DNA of 64,000 bases from the NCBI GenBank assembly GCA_964270895.1, contig OZ185443.1; one strand, written 5' to 3'. Of this stretch, positions 37,640 through 48,494 are shown one piece after another; positions within the stretch are counted from its first letter, which is position 1, and each line of letters opens with the position of its first letter. Position numbers and translations under genes: made by a program. The notes below the pieces were generated by a model. That model worked only from the letters and a program-made list of their open reading frames with translations, did no database searches and was not told the origin of the DNA. The DNA is from Podarcis filfolensis (lineage: Eukaryota).

Positions 37640-37770
37640 ATGTGCCATGTCTTTTTAGATTGTGAGCCTGAGGACAGGGGCCGTCTTAGAACCAATTTTT
37701 GTAAGCTGCTTTCAGAGTCTTTTTGGCTAAAGGGGAAAGTATAAATGCTGTAACTAAATAAACATTTTTC
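37640..37770 (+). mobile_element. L2-type 3' end
   Basis: tagattgtgagcctgag..gtaagctgcttt..ggggaaagtataaat..aaataaa. Similar tails near 5097-5135, 8320-8375, 46335-46400 (-) and 58775-58850. Confidence 0.6.
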
Positions 37771-38446
37771 ATTTTTTCCAACAACCTTCAAGACTAAGAT
37801 CTGAAATATGAGGTAGTTTTACAGAATCATTTAGGATGATTTATGTGGAGTAGTTACCCCTAATGTTGTATCTATGATGTTAAGCCAAGCATTTAATGAG
37901 CAAATTTTCCCCTGTGCCTTGTGTCTGTGTTTGTGACCCTGAGGTCCTTATCCTCTGCCCCTCCCTGGTGCTTGAATCCTAAAGTCCAACCATGGCTCCA
38001 CCTCATGCATATAAGTGTTCATATCTTCATTTGAGAAACAGGACTTGTGCACCTGAGATAAAGGAGATTCCTAACAAATTTAGAAATAAATTAACTAAAT
38101 TTAGGATAAATTTAATTAAAATTCTGGTCCTTTTCAAGTAACACAAAAATCTGAATAATCAAGACATTGCATATGACAATAACTTTTGTGTGCTTTTGCT
38201 GAGAGGCTTAGTTCTAACTAAAAATATGTAAATTTTTACAACAATCCATATGGATGAATTGCAATGAATTGCAAATGAAGTAAATGGCATATTGGGTACA
38301 TTACAATTCAACCTAAGTTGTTTTTAAGTCCCATTCATCTTAAGGGAAGAGTTAAGTATGAACTTAAGGTTTCTTTCACTGAAATCACTCTGAAGTATGT
38401 TATGTTTGGCTGGAATTTATCCACAGCACAACTGATAAGAGTTTAC

Positions 38447-38549
38447 CTCAGAATCCATTGGAGGGTACTTTCTGCCTTTGCTCTTCCCAAGACATTTTGT
38501 TTTTCCTTCTTCTAAGAGTTGACACCAGAAGCCCTTGTGTGAGTCAAAC
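38447..38549 (-). CDS. NDST3: NDST3 exon ([34 protein letters not shown])
   Basis: Sulfotransferase KGF.C...KCLG.SKGRKY motif. Junctions tttcag|G and GAG|gtaaac. 103 nt, phase 2 to 0. Confidence 0.97.
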
Positions 38550-39299
38550 CTGAAACATATAATGCTTTTAGATACAATGAATAACATCATTCTGCATGGG
38601 GGCGGGGAGTGAAATACAAGCCATATTGCATTGTTGCCTTATCTCCATAAACTGAGAGCTAGTTCATTTGTTGACCGCTAAATGAAGCATCATTCATGGA
38701 CTCATCCACTGCTACTACATGCTTCTGAAGCACTTCCTTGCTGCTCCCTCAAAGAAAGGTGACACCACTGTGCACTCATCATCTTTTACATGGAAGAAGG
38801 AACAATAATGGTAACATGTCCATTAGTTTCTTGGACTTTGATCAAATTTCATGAGGTGCAGCCTTTCAAAAATGGTGCTGTGTGATCCCCTGCAAATGCA
38901 TTATGGGATTTCTTTTTGTGTGTGAAAAAGGACAGTTTACCTGTCAAAAGATGCATTACAGGAATATTCAAACAGAACTACTGTATTTGCAGCTTGGGTA
39001 ACCAACTGCATGAATTCCATAGCTATAGTTGAGGTTAATGTGCACCAGTTCTCAGAAACATGAATATCATTTGTTCTGTTTCATTGTTTCTACCTATCCT
39101 TCTTGAGAATACTGAGCCCCATTAACATCTCTAGTGTGGGAGTATTTACAATGTTCTTCCTTCACAGACCATGAGAGTAACACGAGAAATTCTAGGTTCA
39201 ATGTGAGGAGCCCATGTGATGGCTCCCCCTGTGCCACCCATGCCCGTTTTCTGGGAGGGACAATGTTTGCATGAATATAAGAAGAGTCTTGCTAGATTA

Positions 39300-39520
39300 A
39301 ATCAAAAGCTTGTCTAATGCAATGTTCTGTTCTCACAGTGGCCAGCCAAATGCTTATGGGAAGCCATCAAGCAGGACATGAATGCAATAGCGCTCATGCT
39401 TGGGTACCCCAGAACTGGTTTTCAGAGACATACTGCATCTGATACCCAAAGTAACATAAGGCCATTATGACTACTAGTTAATTAATAGCATCTGCCATGA
39501 ATTTGTTTAGTTCTTTTAAA
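39300..39520 (-). mobile_element. Old CR1-like LINE fragment
   Basis: ctgttctcacagtggccagccaaatgctt.tgggaagcc...ccatgaatttgtttagttcttttaaaaag resembles the reverse of an amniote CR1 3' region. Heavily diverged. Confidence 0.45.
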
Positions 39521-40995
39521 AAGTTGACTGTTTACACTACCCCAAGGCACGGGGTGGATTATTGTGGCACAGTAGTGCACAATACAGGGGCACTATGTCA
39601 TACTCTGGACTTCATATGTGACACACTTGTCCAAAATATTGGGCGCTGGTGGTTTAAGCAAAGATTAATATTCACCAGCTTATATAAACTGAATGGAAAA
39701 AGAAAAGAAGACATCCAAGGTTAAATAAATTCAGAGTGTACTTTTATGAGAGCTGTATCAGATCATTTAAGTGAACAAGTAACCCTAAATAGAAATCTTT
39801 TAACAAATCATTGTTCGCAAACAATAGTAGACAGGAAAGAAAAGCATGCGCTGGAATTAGATGCAGATGGGAATAATTCACAGCATCCAGGTCAAGCAGT
39901 ATGGTGTAAAAGAGGCTGAAAGCTCAATAGAATTATTCTAGGGGTGAATTTGATCCATTATGTCTTTACAATGCACTTGACTTTATCTCATGGAAGATAA
40001 AGTCGGGTTTTTTTGCCACATACTCAACAAAAAAAGAACAGCACAATTGACTAAGAGGCGTTAAATAGAGAACTGTCTGGGAATGAACACTATTCTTTTT
40101 TGAGAGCTTCTTATGAAAACAGACAATGGGATTTCATACAAAAGAGCAGACTAAGGTTATCAATCTCATTTTAAGGGCAAGTGAATAAATGTTTGAATCA
40201 AAATGGTTTGTGTACATGACTATTTATTATATACACAGTGGGTCCTGTATCCCTGACACTGGCATTGTTGTGCCTTTCTAATCAAAAGCAGCTTCTGTCC
40301 TTGCTGCTTATGGATAGTGATTCTTCTGCTGCTGAGCAAAGAGGTGGAAAGGCGTTCCACTTATCCATTCAAAAGCAGAACTAATTTATAGAGAACAGTC
40401 CTTGTTTTTTCTGTCTGGTGTCTTGACTGTTCTAAAGTGGTTCACCATATGCATGTTTAAAGTAAGATTTACAGAAATAATTTTCTTCCCAGTGGTTGTG
40501 TACAGCGAACAGGATTATTGTGAATTAGTTGGGTTGTTCCCACCTCCACTCCCGAAAGGAAATCGTGATATCATAAGGTCATGTATGAGTACATATTTAT
40601 CCATGGGAATTAAATGGGGGGGGGTTTAAAAACCCACATATTTCTAAAATTAGAAACAGTGAGCTGGTTTGGATGATCATGTCTTGACTTAATAAGACAA
40701 TTTGTTTTTGTATACAAGGCTTTCTTCCTGTATATGCTGACCCTTTGCATGGGTTGTAAATAAAGCAAATTAAAAAGGCTCAAATCAACCACAATTTCTT
40801 GTTTCTTCTGAACCAGGAAGTTTTGAACAAGCCAGAATTCTAAAACAACTTGGTATTTAGCAAGTCAACAGGTATCAGTAGGTAGCAAGTGCACAGAATT
40901 CCATGCTGGTGAGTTAGTGAGAGAAGGGCTGGATTTCTCCATATGCTCTCTGCCAGTCTGAGGTGGAAGGAAAGTCACAATTCCTCAGCGTTGTC

Positions 40996-41077
40996 CCTCT
41001 CTGTCACCACAGTTGGCAGAAAGCATTTTTATTAGCAAGCTAATAAAAATGCTTTCTGCCAACTGTTGACAGAGAGG
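40996..41077. repeat. Near-perfect 82-nt inverted repeat
   Basis: 11-bp outer stem, CC bulge, 28-bp perfect stem, AA loop. Confidence 0.92.
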
Positions 41078-41476
41078 TTGGCTTTCATATACTGCTCATG
41101 GAGGAGGAGGCTTTCCCTCCTCTATGGCTAGCATGAAATCAGTCCACTAGCCCCTTAGTAGGCTAGCAAAAAACAACAGCATGTCAGCTCGTCTATTTAC
41201 AAGCCTGTCTTCAATCATGGTTTGCAGCTGAGTCAAACTTACTCAAAAGGTGGCAACCATTTGCTCCCCAGTTCAAACAAAATAGGAAACTATTGTTACT
41301 TATGGACTTCCTACTTTACTTACAACTTATGTGAAGAGACTGTGCATAGGAAAAATGCTTACTCATATCTTGGCTTGTTAATCTGAGATATTATTGTCCA
41401 AACTGGCTCCTTATTGCAGTTCTTACTCTTATCTTATTATGCAAACTGTGTTAAATAAATCAATGGATTAACTCAC

Positions 41477-41586
41477 GTTAGGGCTTCTGAGTAATTATAA
41501 TGAGGAGTAACTCCCAGAAACTTCTGCACTTCGTCCATCACGATAGCTGGATCATTTCTCAGCTGCTGTCCATCAATAATTAGTAA
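41477..41586 (-). CDS. NDST3: NDST3 exon ([37 protein letters not shown])
   Basis: Junctions C14-ag|TTA and AC|gtgagt. 110 nt, phase 0 to 2. Confidence 0.97.
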
Positions 41587-42488
41587 CTGGGGGGGGGGGG
41601 GGTAGAAAAGTCAACTGTGAATACTGTATTTAAAATTCATTATATGTCAGACTTCAAACATTTTTTCACATACGCAAAGCTCAGTCTTTAAGAGGAACTG
41701 AGGTGCCCCGGGGATCAGTAATAAATCCATTCATATTTATCACCACTTTTAATGATCTAGGAGTGAGGTAAATGGCTCACTAATTAAATCTGAAATGATA
41801 TTAAATTGGAAGCAGCTTGGAATACTAGTGATGGTAGAGAAATAAAGATCTTGATCCAGATAAATTAGAACTATGGTTTGCCCTGAAAAATGCTATCAGA
41901 TGTAGCTTTGAAAAGAAAAGCAAGATATAAAACATATGTATATCTTCTTTTTCTTAATATCATTCAGTCTGGTGACAGTTAAATTCAGAAGCAGAACAGG
42001 AAACAGTTTTTTGGGTGTGTGCCATTCTTTAATTGCTTGTTATCCTCTTGGACCGCTATGAATGAGCAAGGGGCACTAGGAGGTAAAGCAGCTGAGTTAT
42101 TTTTAAGTTGATTGACCATGTGAGCCACTTACCCTGCGAATCAGGCAACATCTTAGCAGGAAACCGCAAAACAACGGCAACAGAGAGGTTGACAGTGACT
42201 TATCACATGAAACCTCATTTAGTAGGCCCTGCCTGTCACTACTATGGTCATAGTGGGACTTATGATAGGACAGAAAGTGAAAGAACCTTAAAATAAGGGG
42301 GGGGGGAATACTGAAGTACATCATTCCAATGAATGCATGGGTTGTACTATTCTAACTTTTAGAGAAGAAGCCCCTGGATATTTGCTGTATCCAGAAAGGC
42401 TCAGACAGTTGTCAAAATGATTTTAAAACAGTAGCCTACCATGAAGATCAACATTTCACAAGGTAGTAGAGAAGGAGTAAATATTTAC

Positions 42489-42659
42489 CTGATAAGGTGG
42501 AAAGTAAGTTAGCCATCTTTCTATATGGGTAGCATACCATCCAGGTACTAGACATTTCTTTTGAAGAGCCTTAAGCTCTGCTGAAGCATGATGTCCAGCG
42601 CTGATCACTTGATAGAAGGTAAACTTTAGAGCTGCAGGGTCTTTGTGTGATCGCTGGTG
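42489..42659 (-). CDS. NDST3: NDST3 exon ([57 protein letters not shown])
   Basis: CLVPGWY..H..RWL..FP motif. Junctions cctccag|CAC and CAG|gtaaat. 171 nt, phase 0 to 0. Confidence 0.97.
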
Positions 42660-43707
42660 CTGGAGGGGAAAATATTGAAGTTATGCAAATGGAAAGCAGA
42701 GTGGCCAGCTTCTACTCTTAAAAGGATACTCCTTTAATTTTAATTGCTTGACAATGCTAAATTGTAAATTTTATAGAAACTGGACAGACGAAATATATGA
42801 TAAACTAATTCCAGTAAGGATACATTATTGATTACTTTGAGTAAGACACTAATAGGGTATGCACAGAATAACCAATATAATTTTTGTTGTTAATTACCTG
42901 CCCCTCACTTTAATTTTCCATGTAAAAGTGGGAAGAAGCTAAATAAAATAATAAAATATTTTAGAAACGCCATCTCAGCAATGAGAAACACCGTGTAGTA
43001 TGATTGTACCAATGACTGCCTGTGCCAATGACAGTCAGATCACTGTTCATTGGACTATTATTGTTGATAAGCTTAGCAGCTAGAAAACCTGTGCAGTTGT
43101 CTATACAATTACTATTAAGGCAATAGAAGCTTGAGGGGCAGGCAGGCCAGAGACATCCATTGACTCTTGTAGGATACATCCAGTTTTCGGCTGAAGCAGT
43201 CTGTTGCTGCTTGTCACACCACACCAAAGCTCAGTCCCTGGAATCTTCAAGTAGGATTAGTTCTGAGACCCTGAAGAGCTAGATAGACCAATAATCTGAC
43301 CTGATACAAGGCAGCTTTCTAAATTTCTAGAACAGTATTGAATTCTATAAGAAACTAGCTATAAGGGGGGGGAAATATCATAATAGACTTATGAGAATTA
43401 TAATAAACTTATGAGAATTAAAGGAATGGATCACCAGTCTTTACCAGCAGTCCAATACAAACCTATAGATTAAGAAATGATGCTGAAATCTTAATCCCAT
43501 TTACCTTGGAATAAATACACTGAAATAAATGGGGCTTATTTATGAGTAGTCATACCTAGGATTGTGTGGTGACTTGCTAAGAAAGGCTTAATTCAAATAA
43601 TGCTTTGTACTTCAAAATAAAATAGAGGTGCATATGCTAAAACAAGCAACCCAAAATTCTTTATCATATATTAATCCAGAACCTGAATTAATTCTTAAAT
43701 CTTCTAC

Positions 43708-43882
43708 CTGATACCAGGAGTATGCTCGATCTGATGGATCAATGAGAATGGTGATGATTTTTGCCTTGGGAACCAAAGAAGCTGCTCGTTTTGGGGCTTC
43801 TTCAGAATGGAAATAGTTAGCACTCTTCTCAAAAAGGAAGTCTGTAGTAATGTTTGAAGGTGCAGGAAAGAATTCCATATAC
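43708..43882 (-). CDS. NDST3: NDST3 exon ([58 protein letters not shown])
   Basis: FEKSANYF and the 3'-phosphate-binding RAYSWYQ. Junctions tctgtag|G and CAG|gtagaa. 175 nt, phase 2 to 0. Confidence 0.98.
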
Positions 43883-45912
43883 CTACAGAAAAAGAATATG
43901 TTCCTTAGAACAGTTTAGAAGTTGCAAGCATTATGCAGAAAGGAACTTATTTTGAGCACATTAAAAAAAAATTCAAAGACAAACTTTATCTGTTATATTT
44001 TGTAATATGTTAAACCAATCCTAGGTGTCATTGTCAAATAGAAGCAACCAAATGTTTGCACTTGTCTGCTAAACGGTATTTCCTGATTAGATAAATGAGA
44101 AGTTTAGAAACTTTCCAACCACACACCTGGAATCACATTTTATCGAGGTTTTGGAACAGGAACATTTGTTGATGTGATCTGGCCAGAAGCTGCAGCCATT
44201 CTGTCAGTGGCCTTTGATTCAGGCTTTTGTGGTAGAAAAACAAGACTGCTATGAGTTCTGACATCTCACAAACCTAGTTAGAGTGAAAAGCATATACAAC
44301 TGCCTGTGAATCAATACAACTACCTTCCATGTCTGCTTTCAGCTCTGTGAGCATATTGATTCACAGACAATGCTATACGTTGTCCCTATAACTAGCCTTG
44401 CTAAATGTTAGAGTCCATGAAGACAGTCTGTCCAGGGAAACAACATTTGAGAAATTTTAACATTTTGTTTCCTTTCCCCCCAGTAATGCATCTTATTTTC
44501 TCCTTAACAACACTGTACAATACTATCAACAGAAGTGCTTCATGGAGGCTGTTCTTAGTTGTTGCAATTCATTTGATGATCAGATTTACAGAAATGGAAG
44601 AATCTGAACAAACTGTGTGTGACAAACTGTGTGTGAGTCAGTCAGCAGCAAGCACTTTAGTTGACTAACCAAATAAACATGTGATATTTATTAACCACAA
44701 ACCACCTGTTGGACTTAATAATAAAAATCTGTTGCAAAAATAAAACCAATATGGCATTTGTCATTCTAAGAAAGTAGACTACTCTTATAGAATCAGCATC
44801 AATGTGTGAGAACAGAGTTCCATGAGAAAACCTGCTAGAGTGGATCTTTTCTGGGATTGGTCCATCAGGCAAAATATCCTGATGCAAGACTGGGGCCCTC
44901 TCTTCAAGGATTATTTTCTCACTACTCTCTACATGGTATCAATAAACCTTCCCTCACTGTTAACATTATGGGTAATTAGAACATTATGGTTAAGTAGAAT
45001 AATATTAATATATTAGAACAGAATGGAATAATATAATATTATGGTTAAGTAGAAGACAGTGGACACAATCCAAGAGGAAGTTCATTTATGCCAAGAAAAG
45101 GACTACTTTTGCAGAGAACCCATTCATTTTAATGAGACGTGAACATGAAAACGTCCTACAGGATTTCCCTCTTGCACATGTGAGGAGTAAAACACAAAGA
45201 CGTCTAAAATTACTGCTAAACTGGCTATTCCCCATCTTGCTGTGTAACGCTGTGCCTGAAGCTGGAGGTAAAGGGAAGTCAGATGGTTTCAAAGAGGGAG
45301 AAAAAAGGAAGTGGAATGGTTAAGCCAGACTCAACTATGTTCCCCTAAAAATGTGTGGGATGGTTATAGATCTACCTGAAAATATGTGGGCTGGCGTTCC
45401 ACTACATTTTGAGTACTGTTTTAGCCATATGCAGCAGCATGTTTAGGAAGACCAGCTTTTATGAAAGTGAACAGAAACCTCTAAAGAGACATGTAAGAAA
45501 CACAGCAGTGGCTCTTTTTAAATTGCTACTTGCTACCTTAGTAAAGAACAGAATGTTGTTTATATTGTCTTTTAGGTAGACTCAGAATTGTAGCTGCTAG
45601 ATAATACTCCATTTCCATTTAAGGCACAATTAAATAATGTGACAAATTGTAATTAAACTTCTCTTTGTATAATCAGAAGTATCTAATTGTTTGAAATATA
45701 CCAGTATTTTCCAATAGCTGTGGTAAAATAAGGGAAGAAATCACAGGTGGCATTTCTTGTATTTGTAATTGATGCTACATTATTTGCACACACTTATTTT
45801 TAGAATAGTAAAAGTTATTTTAGTCTGCATAAACAACCTCACATTGGTAATGCCATTTTTGTATTGTGCACAGTATAGAAATTTTGAGATTTATACTAGT
45901 AACCCATCTTAC

Positions 45913-46036
45913 CAATCAATCCCCCTGTGGTAGTTATTTCTATTAAAGAACTGTACCTCCTCAAAGGTTTTGGGGCTGGGGGAGTTACTAATGATGGATG
46001 GATGCATAATCAGGAACAAATACAAAGCTGTTGTAC
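45913..46036 (-). CDS. NDST3: NDST3 exon ([42 protein letters not shown])
   Basis: Second half of the PSB loop and EEVQFF. Junctions tttgcag|G and TG|gtaaga. 124 nt, phase 1 to 2. Confidence 0.98.
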
Positions 46037-46875
46037 CTGCAAAGAGAATAAAATCCAAGAGTTGAGACAAGACAGGACATTCTATCAACTGGGTCCTAAT
46101 TTTATACAACATTTGTATTTTGTGATAATCATCCTCAATTATACCAGCAATGAACTTTAAAAAACATGTATAAAATGCATGCAAAACTTTCTTCGATGAA
46201 CAAAAAGTACTTGTCTTTAAAAAGTTTTCTTGGATCAATGCTGAATTGAAATTTATTTAAGTAGTAGCTGTATCTATACTGAGAACACTTGAGATTTCAT
46301 TCACCTGAGATTGCAGAAGATGCAGAAGCTTTATTGTTTTATTTAAATTTATATACCACTTTTCCATTAAAAAATGTGCTCAAAGTAGCTCACAATAGAA
46401 CAAAAATGCAAATCAATAAATCATTACAATAGCAATCAAATATTAAATAAATTCAAAACATAACATGACAATCCAGCAAATAACTCAGTTTGATTATATT
46501 AACATTGTAACACTTTACAGTAATCATAAAACAAACTCAATTGTTGAAACATCAATTAATAACAAATACAGTAAATGTTCAAATGCACCTGAATGCCAAT
46601 AATAAAAATAAAGGAAAGCAAATGTATGCTGGTATTTGGGTTATGTGTGGAAGAACACAACTCTAAATAAATATGTTTTGTTTTATACAATCACTTATAA
46701 TTTAACAGTGATTTTGGAGTAGACAGTTGTAATGTTGGGGCAGGGTCTATGAATCAAACAGAACAGCCTTGTGCTCTGTTGGTTCATAGAAGCTGCAGTG
46801 TAGATAAGCCTGAGTTCATCACTGTTGCTCCTAGCTAATATTTTCTTCTACCAAGCCAATTCAATAAGCCCTTAC

Positions 46876-46972
46876 CAGTTTTCTGGGGTCCAATAACCAG
46901 GAATTTTGGTAACCGATCACAGGTTTTTTCTTTTGACCAGATATCTCTGTGTCGCTTGTCATCACAAGGATT
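46876..46972 (-). CDS. NDST3: NDST3 exon ([33 protein letters not shown])
   Basis: 5'-phosphosulfate-binding IGPQKTG. Junctions aacttag|AAT and G|gtaagg. 97 nt, phase 0 to 1. Confidence 0.97.
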
Positions 46973-46997
46973 CTAAGTTAAGGAAAAAGCAATCTTT

Positions 46998-47018
46998 CAT
47001 CATCATCATCATCATCAT
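46998..47018. repeat. (CAT)7 microsatellite
   Basis: Direct reading. Lies about 25 nt upstream of the NDST3 acceptor at 46973. Confidence 0.9.
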
Positions 47019-47445
47019 TATTGCTACTAGTCAGCAGTAGCTAAATTGTCTAGTTTACATATTATGTTGCAAGATAAATTTTAATTTCTAAGCATTAAAA
47101 TTAATTTTTAACTTTAATTTTTGAATGATGAATATAAAATAAGTATTACTGCTAGGAATCACGTTTCCTTATTATGATCTAATAGCACAGTCCTATGCAA
47201 TCAGCATTGAGTGCAAAGAGGCTTATTCCCAAGTAAGTGTGTATAGGATTGCAGCCTTAATTTATGTTTATCTAGTATCAATGCTAAAATAGTTTATATT
47301 TATTCTATTCATAATATCTGGTACCACCATGTGGGCCATTTTTGGCAAGTGGATGGGGACACCCACTTGTCAATAACCTGACATCACAGGATGATTCAAA
47401 CTTCAACATAAAGATTTAGGCAAAAATAAGGCACCATTCCCTGTC

Positions 47446-47717
47446 ATGGATCACTGTCTTGTCATGGCGAAGGGGCTTGAATAATTCCAAGAAGCTCTGA
47501 GCTATGGCCGTGCAGGGCCACCCAAGATGGACAGGTCATAGCCGAGAGTTTAGACTAAATGTGATCCACCAGGAGAAGGAACTGGCAAACCACTCCAGTA
47601 TTTTGCCAAGAAAACACCATGGACATAAAAAGGAGAAGCTTTGAGAAGAAAGTGAGAGTTTCCAAGGCATGCTCTGGTTCATGGGGTCGCGGAGAGTCAA
47701 ACACAACTAAGACAACA
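47446..47717 (+). mobile_element. Internally deleted BovB (RTE) derivative: 5'-region segment joined to 3' tail
   Basis: BovB 5'-type atggatcactg.cttgtc.tggcgaagggg...GGAGAAGGAACTGGCAAACCACTCCAGTAT..CCATGGAC, then about 40 nt, then the 3' tail ggcatgctctggttcatggggtcgcggagagtc. Confidence 0.75.
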
Positions 47718-47718
47718 T

Positions 47719-47946
47719 GAGTTTGGATTTGATATCCCGCTTTATCACCACCCTAAGGAGTCTCAAAGCGGCTAACATTCTCCTTTCCCTTCCTCCCCCA
47801 CAACAAACAGTGAGGTAAGACTGAGAGACTTCAGAGAAGTGTAACTAGCCCAAGGTCACCCAGCAGCTGCATGTGGAGGAGCAGAGACGCGAACCTGGTT
47901 CACCAGATTACGAGTCTACCGCTCTTAACCACTACACCACACTGGC
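47719..47946 (-). mobile_element. tRNA-derived, MIR/CORE-like SINE with L2-type tail
   Basis: Minus strand starts GCCAGTGTGGTGTAGTGGTTAAGAGCGG..GGTTCGCGTC (A and B boxes), has GCTGGGTGACCTTGGGC, and ends ccgctttgagac..aaagcgggatatcaaat. Confidence 0.88.
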
Positions 47947-48311
47947 ACCATTGGATTACAAAGGGAAGAAAAATCTCCAAATTATATATGTTGCTAGGTT
48001 GTGTAAAATACTTTGCTTTTATCTGGTTTTTAAGAAGCAGAGATATAGAAAGGGGAGGGGGAGTAATGATAAAAGTGATACTGATTTTATAACATTCAGT
48101 TAGCAATCAAAAGCTTTCCTTAGTTAGATTCAGATTAATAATCTGGCATTAAGGGTAGAAAGCAGTTTTATGTATGCGGTATATGATTTTTATGCTGCAT
48201 GTTCAATCCCTGGGATCTACAGGTAGGGCTGAAAAAGACTATCTGACTGCACAGAAGATTAAGCAAGCTGTCCGCTCTATCCCTCATAGCATGTTTCTTT
48301 TGCAATCTTAC

Positions 48312-48494
48312 CTGCCAAAGAGGGTCCTTTTGCTCTGGGAAGAGTTCAAAGTACTTGTGAGCCAACTGAATTGGAGGTAGTGTCTGCAGCTTCAGGTTAG
48401 TCCAGCTCTGAACAAAATTAGCCAGATTGACAAAGGTGTACAAACCCAAGCGGTCATTCCCATAGTTAGACAAGTGAGTCATGAAGATGCTGAT
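48312..48494 (-). CDS. NDST3: NDST3 exon ([61 protein letters not shown])
   Basis: [18 protein letters not shown] motif. Junctions tttacag|ATC and CAG|gtaaga. 183 nt, phase 0 to 0. Confidence 0.98.

Noticed and set aside
47430-47952. 9-bp direct repeat GGCACCATT flanking the BovB-derivative plus SINE pair
   Set aside because: Three of the bases belong to the SINE's own 5' end, and a tail-to-tail composite is not a plausible single retrotransposition product. Likely coincidence.
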